A DNA stretch of 64,000 nt from Blastocladiella emersonii ATCC 22665 (taxonomy: Eukaryota; Fungi; Blastocladiomycota): positions 310,001-374,000 of the forward strand of contig JANHCV010000008.1 of the NCBI GenBank assembly GCA_025594325.1. The letters are read 5' to 3'. Under the pieces are notes generated by a model that ran no database searches, was not told where the DNA came from, and was given only the letters and a program-made list of their open reading frames with translations. Shown here piece by piece: positions 10,923 through 21,122 of the stretch. Numbering within the stretch: position 1 is the first letter of the stretch; each line of letters starts with the position of its first letter. The position numbers and the translations under genes are program-made.

Positions 10923-11710
10923 TTAGGCAGACGAGCGCTTGTCGGCCTCGGCGGCGAGCGCGCGCTTGAACAGGTTGAGCACGTTGACGGCGTCGCCGCC
11001 CGCGAGCCCGCGCTTGGCGGCGTGCGCGTCGACGGCGGCGCGGATGTCGGTCCAGAAGGCGGGGTCCTTGGCGAGGCCGGCGAGGGAGGTGTCGGTCTCC
11101 TTCTTCTCAACCTCCTCGTCGCCCGTCTTGACCTCCTTGGCCACGGTCTCCTCGCCCGCCCCCTGCTTAGCCGCCGCCTCGGCCTCCTCGGCCGCAACGA
11201 CCGCGGCCGCGTCCTCGGGCGACAGCTCGGACAGCATGACGGTGAGGGCGACGCCGTCGGCGACCGCCGGGTACTCGCGGACGTACTTCTGGTCGTCGGC
11301 GAGCACCTTGCCCTTGACGAGGACGCGCGCCGCGTGCGTGCGGTGCGACACGCCCAGGGCGGCGAGCACCGCGCGCTTCAGGTCGCGCACGGGGGTGTCG
11401 GGCGAGATGTCCGACAGCGTGGCCGTCGCGTTCGTCTTCATCACCTTCAGATGGAGAGTCATGGCGGCGGGGGCGGCGAGGGACGCGTCTGTGGGCGGGT
11501 GCAGGAGTGAGCATAGATCGGTGTGGGTAGAAGAGCAAACGTACTGAAGGCCAGCGGCTTCTTGACGTTGGGCGGGCGCACCGCCGGCTTGTGGGCGAGG
11601 TGGTGGTCCGGGTAGACCAGGGGAAGCTGCGCCAGCTGCGACAGGAACTGCGCGATCATGGCCGACTCGCCGCCGACGACGTTGCTGCTAGTGGTGGTGG
11701 CCGTGGACAT
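10923..11710 (-). CDS. GET5: GET5/MDY2 (UBL4A-like) ubiquitin-like protein of the GET pathway
   Basis: N-terminal Get4-binding-like segment (ESAMIAQFLSQLAQLPLVYPDHH), central ubiquitin-like domain (RVLVKGKVLADD), C-terminal dimerisation-like motif (PAFWTDIRAAV...VLNLFK); intron 11489-11544. Confidence 0.8.
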
Positions 11711-11917
11711 GTTGTTTGCGTGATACGTTGAGTGAGGGGAGAGAGAGCGGGGGCGGTGGCGCACCGAAGTGAAGAGGCGAAGGCCACGCCCACGTGCGCG
11801 CCCACCCGCCGCTGGACGGCGCGTTCTTGACGTGCCCGACGCGCGCGGCCGGGCTCCGCTCCCCTTTGACCATGTATCGCGCGCCGTAAATCTTGCCACT
11901 TGTCGCATTCCGCCTGG

Positions 11918-11990
11918 CTCTGCGCTGCGTGCACTGGGCCGCGTTGGCCACTTCTCGTCGGACCGGTCGGTCGCCGAGTACGCGCGCCGC
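11918..11990 (+). pseudogene. Isolated fragment of a glycogen phosphorylase C-terminus
   Basis: Translates as SALRALGRVGHFSSDRSVAEYARR, matching the conserved phosphorylase terminal motif (A-R-x-G-x-FSSDR-x-I/V-x-EYA); no other phosphorylase sequence nearby. Confidence 0.6.
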
Positions 11991-12420
11991 AGCCACCGTG
12001 GTCCGTGCCGAAGATAAGTGAGACCACGCTGATCCCGCCGGCCTGAAAGCGCTACTGTACGCATCTTCCATTGAACGGCAGCACTCGAGTCCGTGGACTC
12101 ACCCCTGGCGGTCCAGGCTCGGCTCTCGATCTGAAGGCGACATTGGCACGCGCGCTAGATTGTGCACGATCGATTCAACTGTTTTCGGCTCCGAACACGC
12201 GCTTCAAATCGCCGAGCAGCTACGCTGTGCTGGCGCGCGTGTTGCGCTCCATGAAGTCGATTTGGCCGCGCGACATGGGAGCACGCATGACGTATGACTT
12301 CAGCCTCGAAGGGTTTTACAGGTAGCCGCCGAGGCATGAGACTCCTCCTCCCCCACTCGCTATCTGCACCTTCACTACCGCGTTCGCGAATCGGGCCGCA
12401 CTGGTTCCCGATCTCGGCCC

Positions 12421-12614
12421 CGGTCCGTGATCGCGCGCACGCGTCGGCACCCACCCGCCACCGCTGCTCCGCCGTTCCCGACGCGCTCGTTCCCCGCCCG
12501 CTATGCGCGACTTGCCCTGATAACCCGGGCGGGAGCGGCGAGAACGCGTCGCGGAGGTCGCGCGGCGGGTGAGTGGGCCGCCATCGGACGCGTGCGCGCG
12601 GTCGCGGATCGCGC
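12421..12614 (+). repeat. Fold-back (palindromic) element, copy 1
   Basis: Left end CGGTCCGTGATCGCGCGCACGCGTC is an imperfect inverse of right end GACGCGTGCGCGCGGTCGCGGATC; inner stem CCCGCCCG/CGGGCGGG; apex TGCCCTGATAACCC at 12513-12526. Confidence 0.85.
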
Positions 12615-13379
12615 TGGGGTTTGGGGTCCATGGTCTGCGGCCGGTGCCAGCGATTGGCGTGAATATATCCTTGCTTGCGAATCCTCCCGCCGACTGGACA
12701 CGTTTGTAAGTCTTGATCACGGCTTGGGCTCTTGGGCGAACGAACGGAAACCAACGAGTCGCAGCGCGAAGAAGATGAGTCCCACGTGCAGCCACGCACG
12801 CCTGTTCGCGTCGCCTCGAGCGCGGCGCGAGCGCGCCCCGCTCCTCGTCTCCGCTCCCCTCGAACATGGATCTTTCGCTCTCGCGGCTCTAGACTTCTTG
12901 CATTTGGTTTCCGGCGCTGCTCGTGCACGGTCGGCGGTCTCAGTCGTCGCTCCGCGCGAGGACTCGTTCTTGTCACTGCACTCCGACACAAGCGCAGTCA
13001 AGGGCGGTCGCGTGCAACTGAATCCCGACAAGCTTTGACATGCGGTTGAACCCGGTACTGCGGTCAGTTGAACACAGCATGCGCGGCCAATCGTTGGCAT
13101 CTTGCCGAGTGGCTGTGCTAGAACACACGGCTGATATTTCGAGCAACTCAAGGCCGCCGCACAACTCGTCGCAGAATCTCGTCGAACTTAATGTTCACCT
13201 GGTCTACGCGCTTGGGTGCACGGTCGGCAAGTCCCGCGCGACATTCGGCGTTGGGCTTGTTTTCCGCCGTCAATTCGCCTTCACACTTCAACGTGTCTAC
13301 CACCAGCACGTTCAACTAAAGGCTCTCCCGCGACGCTTTCCAGCTCCATCAGCACATCGCCACTCTCCGTTCTCCGTCT

Positions 13380-13601
13380 CGGTCCGTGACCGCGCGCACG
13401 CGTCGGCGCCGCTGTACTCCGCCGCCGCGCTCCCGCGCTCGTCCGCGCGTCACTCGTCGTTCCCGGCCGCTATGCGCACGAAACGTGCCCTGATAACCCG
13501 GGCGGGAGCGACAGCCGCCGCGAGCGCAAGAGCGCGTGCGAGGCCGGCGGTCGCGAGTCTGCTGACGCCATCGGGCGCGTGCGCGCGGTCGTGGATCGCG
13601 C
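13380..13601 (+). repeat. Fold-back element, copy 2
   Basis: Same terminal motifs (CGGTCCGTGACCGCGCGCACGCGTC / GGCGCGTGCGCGCGGTCGTGGATCGCGC); apex CTATGCGC..TGCCCTGATAACCC at 13486-13499. Confidence 0.85.
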
Positions 13602-13898
13602 ACGTCTCGAGGTCGGCTATGGGCTTGGTGACATGGGAAGTGGATACACGGAATAGCTTTTATTGCATTGAGGTAGAGGCAGGCTTCTCCGTTGCAGCGC
13701 AGCGAGCGACGATTGCGTGTTTGCACTGAGATCTCACGACGAGACGGCTCGCTTCGGACTGTCAATACAGCTTGTGCACCGCCACGGAGCTGAACATGAA
13801 GTCGCCGCAAGGCGCAGCGCACCGAGGACGGTCGAGCTTTGCCGCTTCAAGCTGCATTCGGCGAACTGCTCAGAGCCGTCGGGTCGACCGTGCGACAC

Positions 13899-13913
13899 GA
13901 CGCGTTGCGCCAC
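13899..13913 (+). promoter_or_regulatory. Recurrent upstream motif GACGCGTTGCGCCAC
   Basis: Also at 16666-16680, and as the reverse complement at 19363-19377, 30563-30575 (13 bp core) and 39857-39870 (14 bp core); mostly upstream of accessory genes. Confidence 0.4.
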
Positions 13914-14196
13914 ATGATTGGTGTGACAGGTCAACGCGCCGCGTCCCCCGTGATGCCTGATTTACGATTTTTGAGATGGATCGCAGCGATCACCATGCTT
14001 CACTCAACGTGGCACGAGAGCCCAAAGTCGAGGCGCGCGACGAACTGGCGATGGACCGCTGCTGATCGAAATCGGTTTCGCTCGTGCGACACGTCTCCCA
14101 CAGCATCACGAGCTCTAGGCATCGGGTTTCCCTCCGATCGAACACGCTCGATGCGGTGGATATCTTTCCTCCTATGAGCCAACATGTAAAGCAATC

Positions 14197-15456
14197 ATGA
14201 AGCTTAGCGACTTTCTGCAACGGCCTCCGTTCGGCGACTGGGCTGCGACGGCGCATGATTACGATGATGCGACGGCAGCCATCGTCCAAGGGATTCACCT
14301 AGCCGGGCTTGCCGCTGCCGTCTTGACTCTCCCGTTCGCGGCTTACGTGGCCTACCACCACTTTGTTCGCCAGCGGCGCCGATTGTTCGCGCCTCGGACT
14401 TCGGACTCGGCTCGCATCAAGCCGATGCCAAACGAGTGCTTCACGGTCGGTTTCCTCGCATCGAATCCGATCTTCATGACCTGGCAACTGCTACTCCTTT
14501 TTGATGTGGGCTCGCCACTCCTGCGCCACTTTCTGCAAAACCTGCGCTGGGTCATTGCCGAAATCGGCGCGATCCTCTACATCATCGGGATCATGTCCAG
14601 CATCCCCACCGGCGCGGCCACGATCGCCAGCGGTATTGCTCAGGAGCAGCTCCCGCGCTGGAAGCAGCTCGTGCTTGCGATCCCGGTACCGAAGCCCAAG
14701 GCCATGAACATCATCATGCTCTACTTTCTCGTCATCCATGTGATCATGATCAACATTATTGCTGTCGGCCTTGGACTTGCTTCAACGTGGGCCGAGGCCC
14801 GTATCTGGCGAGCTGCGCAGTGGACCGGGTGGATGATCTTCACCTTGTTCATCACCGTGTTCCTCGGCCTCTTTGGGCTGCAGCTGCTCGTGATCGTCGA
14901 TGCCAACGAGCGGCACCGTATGGCGACCGTGGTTCCGTCTCAGCCGGAAAGCTTCATGTCGACCAAGTGGGATAGCAAAGCGGTGCACTGCGCGCCTTCG
15001 AACCCGCAAACCATTAAGTCGGCCCAGCTCTCGAGCTCAACAAGCGTGGCGCCACCTTCGAATTCCCGCAGCTCGCGCTCTGGCCCAAGTCATTCGGCCA
15101 GCCAGGCCTCACAGAGTAGCACAAGCAGCGCCGGCCGAACAAGAGCAATCAGCCTCGCGTACCTTCGCGCGCTAGTGATTTCAGTCACGGGCGCGGGAAG
15201 CTCTCACTTGGTCGGTGACGTGCTGACACTTCTTTCGTTCGAGCTCATCTCCAACAACGCGCCAACTTTGACTACGCTGACCAGCGACTGGATGTTCATC
15301 CTCGTCCTGGTCAACCAGATTCTTGTTCCTTCGTTTTTGATGCTCACCTACTTTGTCGGCCTTGCGTACGTCATCAACGTCTCGAATCGGGCGGCGGCCC
15401 TCGCCAGCGTTCCCTCTATGCGGTCGCGCGAGGGGTCGTTCAACTCTCAGCGCTAG
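14197..15456 (+). CDS. Orphan 7-TM GPCR-like membrane protein, paralog 1 (intact, 419 aa)
   Basis: Seven hydrophobic segments, with a long Ser-rich loop between TM5 and TM6; conserved with paralogs at 15670 and 19515 (PFGDWAATAH, KPMPNEC, LRHxLQNLR, ANERHR, DWMF). Confidence 0.75.
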   Translation: MKLSDFLQRPPFGDWAATAHDYDDATAAIVQGIHLAGLAAAVLTLPFAAYVAYHHFVRQRRRLFAPRTSDSARIKPMPNECFTVGFLASNPIFMTWQLLLLFDVGSPLLRHFLQNLRWVIAEIGAILYIIGIMSSIPTGAATIASGIAQEQLPRWKQLVLAIPVPKPKAMNIIMLYFLVIHVIMINIIAVGLGLASTWAEARIWRAAQWTGWMIFTLFITVFLGLFGLQLLVIVDANERHRMATVVPSQPESFMSTKWDSKAVHCAPSNPQTIKSAQLSSSTSVAPPSNSRSSRSGPSHSASQASQSSTSSAGRTRAISLAYLRALVISVTGAGSSHLVGDVLTLLSFELISNNAPTLTTLTSDWMFILVLVNQILVPSFLMLTYFVGLAYVINVSNRAAALASVPSMRSREGSFNSQR

Positions 15457-15669
15457 CCTGTTGCATGTGGCCCTCATTTGTGAATAGAAGCCATGTGAGC
15501 GTACACTCACCGGCACTCTGACGGTGTGCTGCGGCTCGAAGCCGCGTGTTTCATAACACGTGATGTCTCGCATCAAGCTGGGGTGAACAACGCGTCTCCC
15601 GCTCGCTCGCTACACGTTGAAGCACGCGCAAACAGCCTCGCATGTTCCTCGGTTTGCCCCAGACGCAAA

Positions 15670-16601
15670 ATGAAGCTAAATGACTATATGCAACAATCTC
15701 CGTTCGGCGACTGGGCCGCGACGGCGCATGGATTCGATGAGGCGACGGTCGTCATGATCCAGCGGTTCCATTTGGCGGGGTTTGCCGCCGCCGGTTTGGC
15801 ACTACCGTTCGCAGCGTACACGGCTTACCACTACTTTGTTGTTCAGCGTCGCCGACTCTTTGCGCCGCGGGTGTCGAGCTCGGCTCGCTTGAAGCCGATG
15901 CCCAACGAATGCTTTCTTGCGGGGTTTGTCGGAGCCGTACCCATCCTCATGATCTGGCAGCTGCTCGTCTATTTCGACGTTGGCCCGCTCGTTCTGCGCC
16001 ACTGGCTTCAGAACCTTCGTTACGTGATCGCTGCTATGGGCGCGGTGGTTTACATCATTGGAATCCTCTCAAGCATCCCTTCCAGTGCTGCGACCCTTGC
16101 CAGAGGCTTCGCCCAGGAGCAGCTGCCACCTTGGAAGAGGCTCATCTTAGCCGTGCCCGTGCCGAAGCCCAAGGTCATGAACATCATCATGCTCTATTTC
16201 TTGGTCATCCATGCGGTCCTTACCAACGGGATCACGATTGGCTTGGGCCTGGCTACGACATTCGATCTGCCAGTCGGTCGCGGTCGGTCAGTTTGAAATA
16301 CCTTCGCGGCGTGATTCTCGCCGTCAGTGGGTTCAGCGCGGTCCACTTGGTTGGTGACATAATGACGCTGCTCTCGTTCGAGCTCATTCACACGAGTGCT
16401 TCTGAACAAGCGACGTTGACTGGCGACTGGATGTTCGTCCTCATCGCGGTCAATCACATTGTCGTGTCCCCGGCTGCCGCTCTCGCCTACGTTATCGGAG
16501 CCACGGTGCTCGTCGTGGCCTCAAAGTCAAATTCGACTACTCTGTCGTTTCCTCGTTCAAATGCGAAGCAGCCGCCTGTGCCATCGAACCAGGTGTGTTG
16601 A
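15670..16601 (+). pseudogene. 7-TM paralog 2 with internal deletion (TM5 + loop lost) and frameshift
   Basis: MKLNDYMQQSPFGDWAATAH start; after GLGLATT (about 16260) the sequence jumps out of frame to RSVSLKYLRGVILAV (TM6-TM7), which lies in ORF 15909-16601. Confidence 0.75.
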
Positions 16602-17368
16602 AGCCCCCTCGAATTGATAAATAGTTTGTCCAATCACTCGAAAACTTATCTCTGTTCGATCTGAGGACGCGTTGCGCCACACGATGGAAGTGACGGGCAA
16701 GGCGGGTGAGCACTTCCGCCGGTCAAGCCCACTAGAGCTCGAATGCTCCGACGCCCCTTCCTCGCTCCCTTGCCACTCGATGCCACTCAAACCATGTAAC
16801 CTCGGCTCGAATAACTTTGTGCAAACTTATCCTGTGTTTGTGCAATGCACCCTTCCTGGCCGCCGTACCTCGACTGGGCGCTCCGTGCGGTGGTGTCCCT
16901 GACACAGCCCGACTCTTGCTTTGTCTCGCTTCATGGCTGAAATGGAGCATCGGTGCTCAAGTGCAGAGATGCTAATGAGATCCAACAGTTCAACCAGTCT
17001 CGCCGACACATGGACCAATTCCTCATCATTTCGTGCCGGGATGGCAATTCATTTGGTGGGAGGCAAGGCTCCGCCAAGCCCCCTGACCCATCTACTATGT
17101 GAACAAACAGGCCAATGAGCTACATGACTGAATCGAGAATGCCGCGTGCGCCTCTGAACGAGCTCCACCGTCCGTCCACTCATATTCCTCGCACACCCTG
17201 CCTTGTTTGCTTCGTATCGACTTTTACTCGCTTATCAACGCCTCGCGAGGGCATTCGGCGCGAATTTACCGACGGTACGGGTCGGTTTGGACTTGAACCG
17301 CATCGTGTGCCACAAGCTAACCGATTCTGTCCCACCCGCCACTTGGTAGTCGCCGGACTTGCCTGGCT

Positions 17369-17535
17369 CGGTCCATGATCGCGTGCATGCTTCGGCGCAA
17401 CGACCTGCCGCCAGCTTCGCTTCGTGGCGTTCACTCAACGGCTCTCATACGCACTCTATGCTCACACTCGACTTCCCCGTCTGCAATGCGCACGCAACGT
17501 TCCCTGATAACCCGGATGGGCGAGCCGGGCTGCTC
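17369..17535 (+). repeat. Fold-back element, copy 3 (right arm truncated by Helitron sequence)
   Basis: CGGTCCATGATCGCGTGCATGCTTCGG left end; CAATGCGC..TTCCCTGATAACCC apex at 17500-17513; stem CCCGTCTG/CGGATGGG; no right terminal motif. Confidence 0.7.
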
Positions 17536-17559
17536 TCGAGGGTCTGTCTGTGATGGAGC

Positions 17560-18949
17560 CACGGCGCGAAACGGCGGGTTGATCTCGTGCAGGAACGCGT
17601 CGCTCTTGTGGGACTCCTGGGCGATGTCGACGGTCGTGATCTCGCCGTCACACTCGTCATCGTTACCCATGCCAGTAACGCCGGCATGTCGAAGGTGGAC
17701 CTGCTCAGGCGTCACGCTGTTGTCAGCCTCGGAATGCTGCGCGTAGTTCGTCGCGGCCTTGGTGGGCTCTAAGCGACAGCACTGGACAAAGTCGTAGAGC
17801 GAAAGCGACTCGAGCTCGTTGGGTCGGAGCATGTAGTGGTCGGCGATCGTGTCCTTGTCGGTGATCGGGCGGTTCGAGAACGTGATGCGCTCGTCGTCGT
17901 TCTCGTCGTCCTCCTGCTCGAGCTCGCACTCATCGTCGACTGCCCCGGCGCCGTCCTCGACGACGCGCTGCGCGTCAGTCATGTTGCTCGCCGCGTCCGA
18001 GCCCGCCGCGTTCATTACCATGCGCAGGAACTGGTACAGGGGGACGTGGGCGAAGCTGTACGTCGTGTAGACCCACGTTTTCTCGCCCTTGCGGATCAGG
18101 TCGAGCGCAATCTGCTGACCACTGATCCTGCTCGACGTCGTTGAGCGGTTGACGAGGCCGCGCAGAATGGAGCCGACCGATAGCGGGAGCGGCACCGTTG
18201 AGTTGAGCTCGCGCTTGCGCTCGGGCAGCTTCTTGGCGTGCTCGAGGCGGGCGTACGTGTTGTACGAGGACGGCGACAACTTGGCGATGTATATGGTGAT
18301 GTAGTAGATGACGTTGGCGGGGGTGTCAGGCCGTCATGAAGAGGTTCTTGATGTCCACGCTCGAGGCCAGGAGCGAGGCCGGAGCGCGACGATGGTCGGT
18401 GTACCTTGAGGTCGCCCGTTTCGGGATCTGGCACGATCTTGCTGCGCGCGACCACGCTGAGGAGCTTGTTGTTCTCGAGTGCAGTGTCTCAGTTGAAGCC
18501 ATGAGGTTTGTATTGAGTTGAGCTGCAATCACGGCGAAAACGAGAAGCGGAGAACAGGATCTCATGATCCCTTCAGAACTCTGTGAAACGCGAGAGAACT
18601 GACGCGGGAACGACTCAAAAGGAAGGCAATCTAAACAGATAAACAGTCAAAGAAGTGAATTTGCGATCGTGATGAACGCGAGGGCAGGGAGGAGGGCGAA
18701 AGGGAGAAGTAGACCAAATCGGTCGGGACTCCACAGGATGATGCTCTATCTATGGTGCTTGCCTTGTTGCATAGAGTAACAGGGTAGATTATATTAGAGG
18801 ATTTAGAGAAAATTGAGGAGACAATAATTCGAGCGCGACCGAGACGCGTCGCGACGCGTCGTGATTGAAGTGGCAGGAGGTCAGGCGCCCAAAAAACCCC
18901 AGCTTGAGCGCGAATTCAGCTCGACAGAAACTCAGCCTACTGCTGAGAA
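17560..18949 (-). mobile_element. Helitron2/Helentron derivative A: 5' terminus plus Rep C-terminal fragment, 3' end missing
   Basis: Helitron Rep-region motifs PDPETGDLKVHR, VDIKNL, NVIYYITIYIAK, DHYMLRPNELESLSLYDF; 18765-18949 is the reverse complement of the 5' end of the element at 32234 (TTCTCAGCAGTAGGCTGAG...). Confidence 0.75.
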
Positions 18950-19164
18950 CCAATACACCCGCGCCAACGACGCTATCCACTGATTTCATGTTCGTGCTCA
19001 CTGCGGTCCATCATGTTGCGATGACCCCGCTTGCCGTGCTCGCCTACTTTGTTGGTCTCACGATCGTGGTCGCAGCCTCCAATCCTCCGCCAACGTCGGC
19101 TCCAGCGCTCTCTCGTGCCACATCAGGGCGGTCGCGGACGAATTCCATTCACTCTAACGGCTGA
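18950..19164 (+). pseudogene. 7-TM paralog 3, 3' remnant (TM7) cut by the Helitron 5' end
   Basis: TNTPAPTTLSTDFMFVLTAVHHVAMTPLAVLAYFVGLTIVV aligns with TM7 of paralogs 1, 2 and 4 and starts exactly at the Helitron terminus. Confidence 0.7.
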
Positions 19165-19514
19165 TCTTCAACAAATAGCTCGGCTCGGATGTGTATCTTC
19201 CGATTTCTCGGGCAGAAATGGAATCTTTTTGAATGCACATCGTCGTTTTGTCCGGAAGAGTTATTCACACGTGAGCGCTCATGAGGGCGCCAAGTGCTCG
19301 GAAGCAGAAGTGGCCGCGCGATCGTCGCAGCCGCGTGTCTCGCAACACGTGATGTTTCACGCGTGGCGCAACGCGTCCACCTGAAAATGCGCCACGCGGC
19401 TTGATCACACCCTGTCTCCCACGGCGCCGCGCATCGCGCTGCAACAGTTGACCACCCGAAATATGCATCGAGTGAACTCACTGACATGGAACCATACGAT
19501 CATATGCCACTACC

Positions 19515-20759
19515 ATGCAACTATATGACTTGCTGCAAATTGCTCCCTACGGCGACTGGGCCGCGACCGCACATGCACTGGATCGGGAGTCTTCGGAGCT
19601 GCTACGGCAGTTCCATCTCGTCGGGTTCGCCGCGTGCATGCTCGCCCTCCCGTTTGTGAGCTTCACGGCGTTTCATCAATTCTACGTGCAGCGCCGCGGA
19701 ATCCTCGCGCCGCGAAGCGCGGGATCGGTGCCGTTCAAGCCGATGCCGACCGAGTGCTTCACAGCGGGATGTCTCGCTTCTATGCCGCTGTTCATCGCTT
19801 GGCACCTGTTGCTGTACCTTGATGTCGGCCCGATACTCCTGCGTCATTGCCTTCAGAATCTGCGTTATGTGGCCGTCGGATCCGGCGGGGTGCTGTACGT
19901 CGTCGGGATCCTCCTGAGCATCCCGTCCGGCGCAGCGACCATCGCCAGCGGGCTCGCGCAGGACAAGCTGCCACGATGGAAGCGGCTCATCCTTGCCGTC
20001 CCGGTTCCGAGCCCCGATTTCATCAGCCTCGGCACGGTCGTCTTTCTCTCAATTCACATTCTCGCGTCTTGCGCAATCATGATCGGCCTCGGTCTCGCAT
20101 CAACCTGGGCCGAGGCCCGCATCTGGCGAGCCGCGCTGTGGACCGGGTGGATCATTGTCACCCTGCTTCTCGCTCTCCCGCTGGGACTCTTTGGCGTGCA
20201 GCTGCTCGTGATCATCGACGCGAACGAGCGGCACCGTATCGCGACCGTTGTACCGACAAGGCCGGAGAGCTTCATGGTGATCAAGGAAGAGAGCGCACCC
20301 ACACAGATCGGGAATGAAACGGCAAATATCAAACGGTCGGCCTACACGCTGGGCGCACAAAACGCGGTTGCGATTGCGAGCTCGAGCTCGCAGATTGTTC
20401 GACCCTCAACTGACCAGCTGGGCGTTGGGTCCAGGCAGAGCAACAACACGGACATCAACACGGCCTCGCGCCGGGTTCGCTCCATTGGGCTCCAGCACTT
20501 GCGCTTCGTGATCGCGGCCGTCGTTAATTTCTCGTTTGTTCATGCCTTCGTGGACACGATCACCATGGCATCGCTCGAAAACATGCACGCCGGCGCATTG
20601 CAAGCGGATGTGGTCGCCCGCGACTGGATGTTTATTATCTGCGCCGTGAACCATATTGTGGTGGGCCCGGTCGCGCTGTTGGGCTTCTTTGCCATGTTCA
20701 CGCGCGTCATCATGATCTCGACGCGGTCCCGAGTCATGTCTAGTTTGTCGCTGACGTGA
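19515..20759 (+). CDS. Orphan 7-TM GPCR-like protein, paralog 4 (intact, 414 aa)
   Basis: MQLYDLLQIAPYGDWAATAH start, the same motif set and topology as paralog 1. Confidence 0.75.
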   Translation: MQLYDLLQIAPYGDWAATAHALDRESSELLRQFHLVGFAACMLALPFVSFTAFHQFYVQRRGILAPRSAGSVPFKPMPTECFTAGCLASMPLFIAWHLLLYLDVGPILLRHCLQNLRYVAVGSGGVLYVVGILLSIPSGAATIASGLAQDKLPRWKRLILAVPVPSPDFISLGTVVFLSIHILASCAIMIGLGLASTWAEARIWRAALWTGWIIVTLLLALPLGLFGVQLLVIIDANERHRIATVVPTRPESFMVIKEESAPTQIGNETANIKRSAYTLGAQNAVAIASSSSQIVRPSTDQLGVGSRQSNNTDINTASRRVRSIGLQHLRFVIAAVVNFSFVHAFVDTITMASLENMHAGALQADVVARDWMFIICAVNHIVVGPVALLGFFAMFTRVIMISTRSRVMSSLSLT

Positions 20760-21122
20760 ATATAGTGCGTTAAACATTACAGGCTTGCGTGCGGATTCTT
20801 AACAGTTAGCTCGATGCAAGGGCGTGTTCGCCGTTGCGGGGGACTACCGCTTCTCACTGCACTCGAGCGCGAAGGATGGTCAGCGAATGAGTTTGACCTA
20901 CGCGAAACGAAAATGACCTTCTTGGGCTCGGAAAACGTTTGCGTGTGACCGAACAGCGAACAGGCAACGTTTGCAGCCGCGTCGAAGTGCACTGAAGCGG
21001 GCGCTTTGGCGAGCGCGCCATCCATCTCCGCGTGACTCACGCGACCGTCAGTCTCAGAGTTTAGCGCACGGATCGACTTGCTCTCGCCCCTTCGCTCCTT
21101 CTCACCCCACTCGCATGAAAAC

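Noticed and set aside
12513-12526. CCCTGATAACCC as a telomere repeat, I-SceI-like site or hammerhead ribozyme core
   Set aside because: It is not tandem TTAGGG. It differs from the I-SceI core at two positions and lacks the flanks. CTGATAA is not CUGANGA, and the GAAA (copy 2 only) is in the wrong order for a hammerhead.
14197-15456. 7-TM proteins as rhodopsins or CREST/PAQR hydrolases
   Set aside because: No Schiff-base Lys in TM7 and no SxxxH/HxxxH motif pattern.
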